From: Cenarchaeum sp.
GTDB lineage: Archaea; Thermoproteota; Nitrososphaeria; Nitrososphaerales; Nitrosopumilaceae
DNA length: 64,000 nt
Assembly (NCBI GenBank): GCA_965242695.1
Contig: CBDESU010000001.1
Coordinates: forward strand, 608,001-672,000
Direction: 5' to 3'
The notes under the pieces were generated by a model. It was not told where the DNA came from, did not search any database, and was given only the letters and a program-made list of their open reading frames with translations. Positions 49,507 to 61,700 of this stretch are shown here, piece by piece. A program made the position numbers and the translations under genes. Position 1 is the stretch's first letter. Every line of letters starts with the position of its first letter.

Positions 49507-52500
49507 GTGTATCATCAACCTAGATCAGTGTATCAAAGGCCGACCGCAAGCAGGGCCCGCGCCGGCTTGGCGAAACGCAACTCTTCGGCCGCCGGTCGGG
49601 GGGGGGGGGATGCAGGAGCTGCCAGCCTCAGCAGCATCATGGGGGCGGCGCCCTCGCCAATAAAAGAGGAGGCATTTGAGGCACATCTGTCGGATGGCAA
49701 GATGCGACGCTTTGTCCTGTACGCAACCGTCTTGGTCGCGGCTCTGTCTTTGACGATGGTCATATCCTTGGTAGATGTCAACCAGTCAGCATTGTCATGG
49801 GACGGCGGGCTGACGCTCTTACCATATGCCGCTGCACATGTGGCCAGCGGATCGTCTGTGGATAAGGGCGGCATCACTGGTGGCGATCATGCAGCAGAAC
49901 ATGCGCTTCACAGGCCGGTCGAACGGCTTCTGCATCCGAGCGCACTATCCCTGTCATGGTACCCTCCGGTTGGCGGGGGTATCGCAGAACTTGTCTTTAC
50001 GGTGACGTATGCTGGGGACATGCGGCAGGGCAATAGTGATACACAAGAATCTATTGCGCCGCCCGTCGTCCGCCTTGATGTGGCAGGATCAGAGTATACA
50101 GACCTGTACCGCGTCACGAACATTACGTCGAACATTGGGACTATTGCTCCCGACGTCTTTGAACCATACGATCCAGAGACCGAGACGGTCAAGGCCGATC
50201 TTGGAGCTACCTATACGGTGCGAGCCTTGGTTGAGTTTGTCGCCGAGGACTTTGTCCCCGTGTACGCTGTCGGGTTTGACGGCGACGTTGTAACTGTTGT
50301 TGTGGCCGCTTCAGAGCTCGTATCGATGCCATACTCCGAGTACGTGACCATGCACCAGGACTATCTTGACAACGAGCCTGACACACCTGCACCAGGCTAC
50401 GCGTCACGTGCTGGCGCATTTGCGACGGAAAAGAAACGTGTCGATGACCATCTTGAATCGTCATTACAATTGCCGCCCTCTTCTCCTTCCACACGACTTG
50501 GTGAGTCTTCTATGCAGCATACGTTCAATGCCACCGGGACGGTAATGGGGGAAAATGCTACAGGCGAACTTGTACCTGTGCATGGAATAGGTGTATGTGT
50601 GTACGACCGGACATCTCCTTCTGATTACACCCTGTTGAACACCACGGCGGGAGAGCCGGCATGCAACTATACCGATACCAGTGGGAGGTATGAGATATTG
50701 CGCGTAAACGGGGCTGACCCGGACGACATGACATCTGCCGACGTATTCGTCTCGGTCGAGTCACACGGGTACGGCGGCGCAATCGATCTCTGGTTATACG
50801 ATCTGGACTATGGAGTAGATTGGTACTACACCGACTCTGATACAGAATCTGATTATAGTGGAGCCCTACTCGTCAAAGACTTTGACCTCCGCGACGACGA
50901 TCGCGATGATGATGGGATGGCCGGAGCTGCCAGGATAATAGATGCCATATCGGATGGGATGGCATTCTTTGAGGTTTACGGTCAGGATCCTACACACTTG
51001 ACGGTCATGTGGAACCACATGGATGGGTCGCGTGCATTTTCGGGATTTTCTGGCATTTTTGATGACGGTGCATATTACACACGATCCACAGCTACAATAT
51101 TTCTAGACGGTAACAGTAGCAAGACAAGCGACGATTCACGTGGAAGGTACACAATTTTACACGAGTTTGGTCACCATATACACTACGTTCATGATCCCGA
51201 CTTTGAGCAGGATTGCCAAGAACATTATCTTGATGAAAAATACGACGAAGCATGTGCGTGGGGCGAGGGGTGGGCAGGTCTCGTGCCACATTTGGTCGAC
51301 GAGGGCGATGAACTGCCAGATGGCGTAGATGGTATCAGGGTCAACATAGAGGCAGGGCTTGACATTTATCCTGATAAAACCCTTTCATTCGATACCTTTG
51401 AAGCGTCTGGCCGTCCCGTGGGCGAAAAGGTAGAGGGATCGGTCGCAGCTGCAATGTGGGACATGATAGATGATGCAGTGGATCCCATTTACGACACCTC
51501 CAAACCTGGCAGGCCTGAGGGTGCCGACGACATGTCATCTGGTGTGGATGGCTTACTAGGTGTATTTTTTGCCGATACATATGACAACTTTGCCGACTTT
51601 TATGACCGGTGGGAGATCGATATGCGGAGCGCCTCGGCCGAGAGCGTTGCCATCCTGCATGGCATGTCGTTTGCCATACCTAGCAACACGTCGTATTATG
51701 AGTTTATCGATGAGCTAGATGGCGTGTTCAAGTATGGTGGGGTGTCTGATCTACCCTTTATGCCAAATTACGTAGATATTTCTCACGATGGCTCGACTGT
51801 TGCTGTAACATCCGTTTTTGGGCATGGCATACAGATAATCGATGCAGAAACCGGTGCGCACAAGAACTTGCACTCCGCATATGGATACGATTATGCATGC
51901 TTGCTAGAAGCAAATCCATCTGTTTGTCTAAACGATCACACGGCACGTGGCACGGCCAATCTGGGGTTGGGTGGATTTTCAAGTATGGATGGAATCTCGT
52001 TTGGTTTAAACTCAAGCGTATTACTCGTGTCAGACAAATTCCAAAACCGTGTTCAAGTAATTGGATCTGACGGCAGACCCAACGGGGAATTTGGCACAAC
52101 TGGTGACGGCAATGGTGAATTTCGAATACCGTACGGAATCACATTTCTAAAAGACAATATGACGGTCGCTGTGGCCGACAGCGCAAACAGTCGTATTCAA
52201 ACATTTGAAGTTGGTAATAACGGCCATGTAGAATACAATAGCCAGTTTGAATCGTACAACACAGAAGGCAATCCATCCCGTAATATTTGGCAGCAGCTAG
52301 CAACAGGCCCAGACGGCGCCCTATACGCGGCTGGTTATATGCCACCAAGCCTGATGCCACCAAGTACTCGAATACCTCCCAGCATGTGGATATACCCAAC
52401 GCCCCACGACACCTCTACTGCCACACGCATTGACGACCTGTCGATGATCAACTTGGGTGGGATCGCAGTAGATCATGGGGGCCTTGTCTATGTCTCGGAC

Positions 52501-55500
52501 CGAGATCAAGGCAGGATTCGTGTGTACGATCCTAGTGACCTGCGTGGAGGTGTGAACGAGTCCGCAACACAACTCGGAGATCGCCATCTCACTGTGCGTG
52601 AAATATTGCAGAACGGCACCATCAGTAGTATCGGTGCCAATGCCGAGGCATTCATTGACGAATTCGGTTCACGGGGTCAGCATACGTGGCAACTGTGGAG
52701 TCCGCGTGGAGTTGCTCTTGGGCCGCCGGACGACCGTACCGGCGATGTTCGTGTCTATGTGGCGGATACAACTGGCGTCAAAATGTATGAAAAAGACCGC
52801 ATGGCGCCACATGTTCAATCGGTGTGGGCACACACGAATGACGGGACGGTGGTAGCAGGCGACACGGTCGAGATTGCCGTGAACTTTTCCGAGCGCGTTA
52901 CGGTGACGGGCACCCCGGTGCTAGCGCTTGCGACAGGCGAGGTGGATTCGAGTGCAACATATGTGTCGGGATCGGGTAGCCACACGCTCACGTTTAACTA
53001 CACAATCACCGTTGGCAACACTTCGTCATATATTGACTATGAGGGAATTGGATCACTATCACTGTCTAGTGAAAGCGGCGATCTACCTGCGGTCATAGCC
53101 GACGGGAGCGGGAATGTGGCCGACTTGGCTTTACCAAGACGAGGAACCGCATCATCACTTGCGGCAAATGCGGCCCTGTGGATTGGCACGAGCTTGGCTG
53201 ACACGCCACCATTCAAAATCGAGGCATTGCCGCCGCTTATGGCTGTTGAACACCAGCAGGTTAGGTTTGCCGTGAAGATGGCCGATGGCAGTGCTCCTGC
53301 TGCCGAAGGATCATACTCGATGACTGGTGCCCCCTCGGGTGCCGTGATGTCGCCTAATGGTACATTCACATGGATCCCAAATGAAGTTGATAACGGATTG
53401 CATGCTTTTACTGTGAGTGCTTTATCGCAGGACGACCCGAATACGTCACATATGCGAACGTTTAGGATATGGATTGCTGAAGACAACACGGCGCCCAAAA
53501 TCGACTCCGTGTATGACCGGCGTGCATCTGCGCTATCTGAGATGCGGTTTGACATCGTTGCAACCGACGAAGATCTCCCTGCACAACCCTTGGAATATCG
53601 GCTGACAAGTGACCCGCTCACCTTCGCCACGGTTTTACCTAATGGCACGTTCGTGTGGACGCCATCAGAGTACGATGTAGGTACCACCGCATTCAAGGTA
53701 AACGTCACTGACAAGTTGGACGGAAGCGGCGAGCAGGGCTCTTCAACGGTGGCAGAATTTAGTATGGTAGTCGGCCCCGATTCGCCATCCTCGCCACTCC
53801 GCGTGTATGCACTGGTGACCAACGGATCCGGCGACGCACAAATACCCGTGTACGTGGCCAATCAGACCATCAGCATCGCAATGGACTTTTCCGAGCCGGT
53901 CGTAGTCCGATCTGGATCCGACGGCGGCGCACCGTACCTTGAGTTGCGCACCGGCGCGGCAGGCGAAGCCCGCGCTCCCTACGACTCTGGCAGCGGCACG
54001 AAGACGCTCGTGTTTGCGTACACGGTGCGCGACGGCGATGCGGCCGACCGCCTGTCGTACGCAGGAGCGGGCGCGCTGGCCCTCAACGGCAGCACGATAA
54101 CAGTCTTGAACTCTGGCGAGACGGCGTCGACTACACTGCCAGAGACGGGGGCACTTGGCTCGCTTTCCGACTCTAGCCTCATACGGATTGATGCAGTGCG
54201 ACCCGCCGTCGAGTCGGTCTATGCACTGGCCAGCGACGGGACGTACGACGAGGGCGCGCAGGTCGACATAGCCGCCAGGTTCAGCGAAAACGTGACCATT
54301 GCAGGATCCCCTGCGATCGCGCTGGAGACTGGTGCGACGGACCGCGACGCGATGTACCTCTCGGGCAACTCTACTGATACGCTGACGTTCCGCTACACGG
54401 TGCAGGCCGGCGACAACGCATCCCGCTTAGACTATACCGGCACGGATGCGCTCAGGACCGGCGCCGGAGGGTCCATTCGTGACGGGGTGGGGAACGACGC
54501 CGTCCTGGCACTGCCCGCCCCTGGAGGCCAGGGCTCACTCGGGCACAACTCAAACATTACGATCGGCATTGCAACTAGGAACGAAACGGTCGACAACACC
54601 GTGACGCTGAACATCGGTCGGGGCGGTGACACGGGGCTGATTAGCGTAGTTGACAGTGGCGACATGGCACGCATCACGCTAAACTTGAGGGGTGTTACTG
54701 GCCTGGGCGGCTCGGGCACTGCGACGTTCCCGTCGGACGGAGTCACCATAAACGCGTCGTTCGCATCCGTGGCGTTTCCGCCTGGTGTGACGGCCATGTC
54801 GGTTCCAGCCGACAACCTGCTCGTCCTATACGTTGTGGACGGCGTGCCGGACAATTCCAGCATGCAGAGGGTTCTCGGCTACGACGGCTCCAACCCTGTC
54901 GTCATCCAGCGGATCGTCGAGATCGGCGACGAGGACGGCCGCATCGAGTTCGACTCGCCCGTCCGCATATTGCTGGATGGGCTGGCCGGCGGCCGGGCTT
55001 TCTACGTCGACGGGGCCGGAGGAGCGATAACGCCCATCGACAGGGCATGCGCGGCCGACGACCTGCAGAGGGTGCAGCGCCAGCTTGACGGCGCGGGCGA
55101 GTGCCAGCTGGACTCGGACGGCGGCGACAAGATCATCTACACATACCACCTGACGCAGTTCGGCACCGTGCTGTCGGTGAGCGATGTGCCGGCGGTCCCC
55201 GACCATACATGCTCGATGCGCCTGGCACTCTCGAGCCTGGGTGTGGGGGATGCGAGGCCGGGAGTCGACTCGCCAGCCGCCTCGCAGACGGTGGTCAACT
55301 CGGGATCGCTGCCGTTCGACCGCATCGAGCTAGAGGCGACCCCGTGGTACGTCGACCTGGGCGGTGCAGAGCCCGGCCCCGACACGCGATCGCTAAACGC
55401 CTCGATCACGGAGGTGCGCGAGGAAGAGGGCGGCGCCTACAGGACGGTCTACTCGAGGGGGACTGCAGTGGCAGACGGGCTCGGGGGAGGACTGGAGGCG

Positions 55501-55605
55501 CCGCTGTGGTTCAGGCTCAACCTGGCTACCCACGGCGACGTGCACGGCGTCGATCTCACGCAGTACGTCACGTACGTGGCCGAGTGTGGAGGCCCTGCGG
55601 GGTAG
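49507..55605 (+). CDS. Giant secreted zinc-metalloprotease / NHL / Ig-cadherin multidomain protein, paralog 1
   Basis: TM/signal segment; HEFGH...EGWA; NHL motifs; NGTFTWxP cadherin-like domains; three SGSG-x-TLxFxYTV Ig-like domains. Confidence 0.88.
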   Translation: MYHQPRSVYQRPTASRARAGLAKRNSSAAGRGGGDAGAASLSSIMGAAPSPIKEEAFEAHLSDGKMRRFVLYATVLVAALSLTMVISLVDVNQSALSWDGGLTLLPYAAAHVASGSSVDKGGITGGDHAAEHALHRPVERLLHPSALSLSWYPPVGGGIAELVFTVTYAGDMRQGNSDTQESIAPPVVRLDVAGSEYTDLYRVTNITSNIGTIAPDVFEPYDPETETVKADLGATYTVRALVEFVAEDFVPVYAVGFDGDVVTVVVAASELVSMPYSEYVTMHQDYLDNEPDTPAPGYASRAGAFATEKKRVDDHLESSLQLPPSSPSTRLGESSMQHTFNATGTVMGENATGELVPVHGIGVCVYDRTSPSDYTLLNTTAGEPACNYTDTSGRYEILRVNGADPDDMTSADVFVSVESHGYGGAIDLWLYDLDYGVDWYYTDSDTESDYSGALLVKDFDLRDDDRDDDGMAGAARIIDAISDGMAFFEVYGQDPTHLTVMWNHMDGSRAFSGFSGIFDDGAYYTRSTATIFLDGNSSKTSDDSRGRYTILHEFGHHIHYVHDPDFEQDCQEHYLDEKYDEACAWGEGWAGLVPHLVDEGDELPDGVDGIRVNIEAGLDIYPDKTLSFDTFEASGRPVGEKVEGSVAAAMWDMIDDAVDPIYDTSKPGRPEGADDMSSGVDGLLGVFFADTYDNFADFYDRWEIDMRSASAESVAILHGMSFAIPSNTSYYEFIDELDGVFKYGGVSDLPFMPNYVDISHDGSTVAVTSVFGHGIQIIDAETGAHKNLHSAYGYDYACLLEANPSVCLNDHTARGTANLGLGGFSSMDGISFGLNSSVLLVSDKFQNRVQVIGSDGRPNGEFGTTGDGNGEFRIPYGITFLKDNMTVAVADSANSRIQTFEVGNNGHVEYNSQFESYNTEGNPSRNIWQQLATGPDGALYAAGYMPPSLMPPSTRIPPSMWIYPTPHDTSTATRIDDLSMINLGGIAVDHGGLVYVSDRDQGRIRVYDPSDLRGGVNESATQLGDRHLTVREILQNGTISSIGANAEAFIDEFGSRGQHTWQLWSPRGVALGPPDDRTGDVRVYVADTTGVKMYEKDRMAPHVQSVWAHTNDGTVVAGDTVEIAVNFSERVTVTGTPVLALATGEVDSSATYVSGSGSHTLTFNYTITVGNTSSYIDYEGIGSLSLSSESGDLPAVIADGSGNVADLALPRRGTASSLAANAALWIGTSLADTPPFKIEALPPLMAVEHQQVRFAVKMADGSAPAAEGSYSMTGAPSGAVMSPNGTFTWIPNEVDNGLHAFTVSALSQDDPNTSHMRTFRIWIAEDNTAPKIDSVYDRRASALSEMRFDIVATDEDLPAQPLEYRLTSDPLTFATVLPNGTFVWTPSEYDVGTTAFKVNVTDKLDGSGEQGSSTVAEFSMVVGPDSPSSPLRVYALVTNGSGDAQIPVYVANQTISIAMDFSEPVVVRSGSDGGAPYLELRTGAAGEARAPYDSGSGTKTLVFAYTVRDGDAADRLSYAGAGALALNGSTITVLNSGETASTTLPETGALGSLSDSSLIRIDAVRPAVESVYALASDGTYDEGAQVDIAARFSENVTIAGSPAIALETGATDRDAMYLSGNSTDTLTFRYTVQAGDNASRLDYTGTDALRTGAGGSIRDGVGNDAVLALPAPGGQGSLGHNSNITIGIATRNETVDNTVTLNIGRGGDTGLISVVDSGDMARITLNLRGVTGLGGSGTATFPSDGVTINASFASVAFPPGVTAMSVPADNLLVLYVVDGVPDNSSMQRVLGYDGSNPVVIQRIVEIGDEDGRIEFDSPVRILLDGLAGGRAFYVDGAGGAITPIDRACAADDLQRVQRQLDGAGECQLDSDGGDKIIYTYHLTQFGTVLSVSDVPAVPDHTCSMRLALSSLGVGDARPGVDSPAASQTVVNSGSLPFDRIELEATPWYVDLGGAEPGPDTRSLNASITEVREEEGGAYRTVYSRGTAVADGLGGGLEAPLWFRLNLATHGDVHGVDLTQYVTYVAECGGPAG

Positions 55606-55704
55606 CGGTAGGCGCGGCGGCCGCGCCGCTGACATGCGCGCGGCGGCGGTCACGATGGGCTTAATATGGCGCGCTGGCGGCGCTGGTTTGAGGGGCAGCA
55701 AGCG

Positions 55705-58700
55705 GTGACGTTACCGACAGCATGCGCAGGATCGCGCAAGGCGGGAGCAGACACGGCAGGGGGCGCCGGGCCGGCTAGGGGCATCCTTGCCGGGATCCGC
55801 AACTATGCACTGTGCGCGATCGCCTTGGCCGCAACCTTGTCTGTGGCCGCGGCCGTGTCGTTGCCCGATGTGGCGCAGCCGGCATCGACATGGCACGGAG
55901 GTGCGACGCTCCTGCCGCTTGCCGCGGCGCATGTGGCCGGCGGGCCGGATATGGAAGGGAGCGGCATCGCCGGCGTAGACAATGCAATGCGGCATGCGCT
56001 CCACAGGCCTGCCGAGGCCCATCTCCATCCGAGCACGCTGGCCCTGTCCGAGTACCCTGCGGTCGGCGGGGGGATGGCGGAGCTGGTCTTCGCGGTGACC
56101 TATGCGGGGGACATGCGGCAGGGCGGCACGGGCGGCGCGCAGGGGCCGGCCGAGCCGCCCATCGTCCGCCTTGACGTCACCGGATCAGAGCATGCCGACC
56201 TGTACCGCGTCACGAACATCGAGTCGAACATCGGGACGGCGGCCCCCGACGTCTTCGAGCCGTACGACTTTGAGGCCGAGACGGCCAGGGCCGAGCAGGG
56301 CGCCACGTACACGGTGCGGGCCACGATCGAGTTCGCCGCCGAGGGGTTCATACCCGTATACGCCGTCGGGTTTGACGGCGACATTGTGACGGTAAATGTG
56401 GCCGCCTCTGCGATCACGTCGATGCCGTATGTCGAGTACGTGGCCACGCAGCAGGACTATCTCGACGCCGCTTCAGACGAGCCGTCGCCCAGCCCCACAA
56501 CGAATGCAGGCGCACCTGCGCTGGTAAAGCATGAGGATGGCGATACCATTGCACTGCGCGCCTCTGCGCCTCCCCTCCTGCCGTCCCCTGGACCCGCTCC
56601 CCTTGCGGAATCTGGCATGATGCCGCCTATGTTCAACGTGACCGGGACGGTGATGGTCGAGAATCTCGCTCGGAACTTCCTCCCCGTGCATGGGATCAAG
56701 GTGTGCGCGTACGACGAATCGTCGTATCGGGGCATTGACTACTACGTCCGACTGAACACGACCTCGGGCGAGCCGGCATGCGGCTATACCGACGCAAGCG
56801 GGCGGTACGGCGTCCCGGGTGTGATTGGGGCCGACTTCGTCGGCACATCTCCGGCCGATGTGTACGTCTTGGTCTCGTCGGTTGGATACGGCGGGGCGAT
56901 CACCCTCGAGAGGTATATTCCGGACACGCGGACGTACGAGCAGTACTACACTGGCTCGCCTACGGCGATCGACTACACCGGAGCCGTGCTTGTCCGCAAC
57001 TTCAACTTCTCCTACGGCTATACTGCAAACCCCGGCATGGCCGTGGCCGCAAACCCCGGCATGGCCGGAGCCGCTCAAATAATCAGCACAATATCGGACG
57101 GCATGGCCTTTTTCGAGACGTACGGCCAGGATCCTCCAAACTTGACGGTCAGGTGGAACCACGATGGCAAGGCGAGCGCATTTCCGGGCGTCGACGTCGG
57201 CGGGGCATTTTACTTGCCGGGCTTGGCGACAGTCTACCTTGATGGCGACATACTATATAGATCCGGCAGCGAGACCTTCTTGAATGCCGGCAACTCGCAC
57301 GACACCCACACGATTCTCCACGAGTTGGGACACCACATCCACCTATCCCACGATACTGGATTTGAACAGGACTGTGCTGTTCACCGAATCCATGAAAAAT
57401 ACGACGAGGCATGCGCGTGGGGCGAGGGGTGGGCCCAGCTCGTGCCGCACTTGGTCAACGACAATGCCGAAGTGGCGAGGGGGGTGAATGGCCTTCGGTA
57501 CAACCTAGAGGCAGGTCACACTGTCAGGCCGGGCGGACTCAATGTCACATTTGGCACGTTTGAAGCATCGGGTCGCCCCATAGGCGAAAAGGTCGAGGGA
57601 TCGGTTGCCGCCGCAATGTGGGACATGGCTGACGATGAGGTGGATGGTGTCTATGACCGTCCTAGGCCGGGAAGGCCGGCAGGTGCCGACAACTCGTCCG
57701 CTGGCGTGGACGACTTGTTAGGCGTGTTCTTCGGCGGCACGTACGACACGTTTGCCGACTTTTACGACCGGTGGGAGATTGACATGCGGCGCGACTCTGC
57801 CGAGGATATTGCAATCCTGCACGGCATGTCGTTTGCGATACCGTCCAACACGTCGTACTATGGGTTCGCCGGCGAGCTTGACGGCGTATCGCAGCACAGA
57901 ATATCATACCAGGAGCAGTTCGACACCATCTACGACGTGCTAGAATTCTACACGCTGTCCAACGCAATGGTGTTCCGTCCTAACTATGTGGATGTTTCCG
58001 ACGACGGATCGACCGTTGCCATAACATCTGCACGCGGACTAGGCCTGCAGATGATCGATGCTAATACAGGCGAGCACAAGGGCCTGTACGCCACGTATGG
58101 GTACTACCACCTGTGTACGCTAGAGGCCGATCCGCTCGAATGTATGGTCGACGCTGAGAGACGCGTGACGGCAGAGCTTGGTCCGGCGGGATTTTTGAGC
58201 ATGGATGGAATTGCGTTTGGACTCAACTCGACCGTGATGGTCGTGTCGGACGGGCAGCGTGACAGCGTCCAGGTGATTGCCTCCAGAGGCGAACCCCTCG
58301 GCAGGTTCGGCACGACCGGGAACGGCACCAGCGAGTTCAACACGCCGGACGGGGTTGCATTCTTGGAGGACGATTCGATCGCGGCTGTGGCCGACGCGGC
58401 GAACGCCCGCATACAGACGTTCAAGATTGAGGGCGATGGAAGTGCCCAGTATATTAGCCAGTTCACGTCGTACAATACGGCAGGCGATCCGGCTCGACCT
58501 CTCACGACGCAGCAGCTTGCCACTGGCCACGACGGCACGCTGTATGCGGCCGGCTTTGCGCGGCCGGGCATCTGGATGTATCCGCCGGAACACGGCAGCT
58601 CGAATGCCACGCGCATCGACGATCCTTCGCTGCGGCGCTTGGGCGGGGTTGCAGTGGATCCTGCCGGACTCGTTTATGTCTCTGACCGTGACCAAGGCAG

Positions 58701-61700
58701 GGTACGGGTGTACGATCCCGGCAACCTGCGCGGAGTTGTAGTCGATGCGCCATCGGAGCGGCTTGGCGACCGCCAGCTGGCTGTGCGCCAGGTGCAGGGC
58801 GGTTCCAGCGCCGAGGCGTTCATTGACGAGTTCGGCTCGCTCGGCCGCTACACGTGGCAACTGGGAGCCCCGTTCGGCATGTCCCTCGGACCGCCTGACG
58901 CCGGCACCGGCGATGTGCGCGTCTACGTGGCCGACCTAAACGGCGTCAAGATGTACGAAAAGGACAGGGAGCCGCCGCGCGTCGCGTCAGTGTGGGCACA
59001 CACGGCCGACGGGATGGTCGTACAGGGCGACACGGTCGAGATCGCGGTGAACTTTACCGAGCGAGTCACGGTGACGGGCACGCCCATCTTGGCACTTGAG
59101 ACCGGCGCGGCGGAGTCGAACGCGACGTACGTGTCGGGATCTGGCAGCCGCACGCTCACGTTCAACTACACGGTCGGCGCCAGAGCCAACCAGTCGTACA
59201 TCGACTACGGCGGGACAGGATCGCTGATGCTGTTGCCGGGAGACGACGGCAATTCTTCTGCTACCATAATCGACGGCAGCGGGAATGCGGCCAACCTGAC
59301 CCTGCCCGAGCGCGGGACCGCGGCGTCGCTTGCGGCCAACGCGGCCCTGTGGATCAGCGCCAACCGGACGGATGTGGCGCCGTTTGGGCTTGCGGTAATT
59401 CCGCAGGTTGAGGCTGTCGAGCACCAGCGGGTCGAATTTGCCGTGTCGACTGCCAATGGCAGCGGCCCTGCCGCCGACGCCTCGTACAACATGACGGGGG
59501 GGCCTGCGGAAGCCGACATATCAGCCAACGGCACGTTCACTTGGTTGCCTGGCGAGACGGACAGCGGTATGCATGCGTTTGTAGTGCGCGCCTCGCAGCT
59601 GGGCGATGCGAACACAACGCACGCGCGCACATTCAGGATACTGGTTGCAGAGAACAACACCGCCCCCGTGGTAGACCCCGTGGCCAACATGACGGCCGTT
59701 GCGCTGTCAGAGCTGCGGTTCGACATAGGTGCGGCTGATGCAGACCTGCCGGAACAGGTCCTGTCGTACCGGCTGTCGAGCGACAGGCTCACCTTTGCCA
59801 CGGTCCTGCCCAACGGCACGTTCGTGTGGACTCCGTCGAACTACGACCTGGGCACGACCGTGTTTAACGTGACCGTTGCTGACGGACTCGGTATAGGCGT
59901 CGGAGACGGCGGGCGCGACTCTGCAACGTCTGTGGTATTCAGCGTGTATGTCGAGCCAGTGCGGCCCTCGCCCGTGTCTGTGTATGCAATGTCGCCCGAC
60001 GGGGGGAGTACAGTGGAAGATGCGCTGTACGCGGCCGGCCAGACCGTTCGGATAGCCGTAAACTTCTCCGAGCCCGTTTCAGTCCGAGCCGGCCCAGGCG
60101 GCAGCGTCCCGTACATAGAGCTAAGCATCGGCGCATCCAACTCGTCCCGCGCCGTGTACAACTCAGGCAGCGGCACGGACATGCTAGTGTTTGGATACAC
60201 GGCGGCCGAGGGGGATGAGACCGACCTCCTGTCGTACGCGGGATCCGAGGCGCTAGTCCTCAACGGAGGTACGATATCTTCCGTGGCGTCTGCGGAACTG
60301 GCGACTACGATACTACCTAGGCCGGGGTCTCCCAACTCTCTTTCGGGATCGAGCACAGTGCGGGTCGACGCGATCCGGCCGGCAGTAGAGTCCGTCTATG
60401 CGCCGGCCGGCAATATGCCGTACGACGCGGGCGGGCAGGTCGACATAGCCGTCAGGTTTGGCGAAAACGTGACCGTAACGGGCTCGCCTACGATCACACT
60501 CGAGACCGGCGCGACGGACCGCGATGCGGTGTACGATTCGGGAAACTCCGCCGACACGCTGGTGTTCCGGTACACGGTGCAGGCCGGCGACATCTCGCCC
60601 CTGCTAGACTACACCGGCACGGATGCGCTCAGGGCAGGCGCCGGGTCGTCCATCCGGGACGCGGCCGGCAACGACGCCGACCTGACGTTGCCGGCCCCTG
60701 GCGCCAACGGCTCGATTGCCGCGAGCGCCCACATCTCGATAGGCGGCGGCGGACAAGAATGGACAGGGGATCTGAATGTGACGCTGAACATAATGCCTGG
60801 CGGCATTCCGGGCACCGGCAACGTGACGGGAGGCGGGAACGAAACACAGGTCATGCTCAACGTGACGCACATTGCCGCCGACACCGGCAACGGCACCGAC
60901 ACCGGCAACGGCACCGACACCGGCAACGGCACCGACACCGGGACGGGCGATGTCACTGCAACGTTCCCATCCGGCGGAGCCACCGTAAACGCAACGTTCG
61001 CGACCGTGACGTTCCCGCCGGGCGCGACGGCCACATCCGTCCCCGCACATGGCGTGCTCGTCATGCGCGTTGTGAATGAGGACGACACGGACAACCTAGA
61101 TGTGCAGGACGTACTGGCTTACGACGGCTCCAACCGTGTCGTTGTGCAGAGGGTCGTCGAGATAGGCGAGGCGGACGGCCGCGTCGACTTTGACATGCCC
61201 GTCCGCATATCCCTTGACGGCCAGGCCGGAGGCCGCGCATTCTACATCGAGGCCAACAACACGCCGATAACTCCCATCGACCTGGCATGCGCCGCCGACG
61301 ACCTGGAGAGGGTTCACCGCCAGCTGGACGGTGAGGGCGAGTGCCAGATGGACTCGGCGGACGGCGCCGACAAGATCATCTACACGTACCACCTGACATG
61401 GTTCGGCACCGTGCTCTCGGAGAGCGGCGCGCCTGCGGCCCCCGACCACACGTGCTCGGCGCGCCTTGCCTACCAGAGCTTGGGCGTGGAGGCCAGGCCG
61501 GGCGTCTACTCGCCGGCCGACTCGCAGACGGTCATCAACTCGGGATCGCTGCCGTTCAGCAGCGTCGGGCTGAATGCGACCCCGTGGTACGTCAACATGA
61601 GCGGTCCGCAGCCCGGACCAGACACCCAGAGGCTGCCGTCCAACATCTCCGAGGTGAGCGAGGACGGGGGCGCGTACAGGGCGGTCGAGAACGGGACGGC

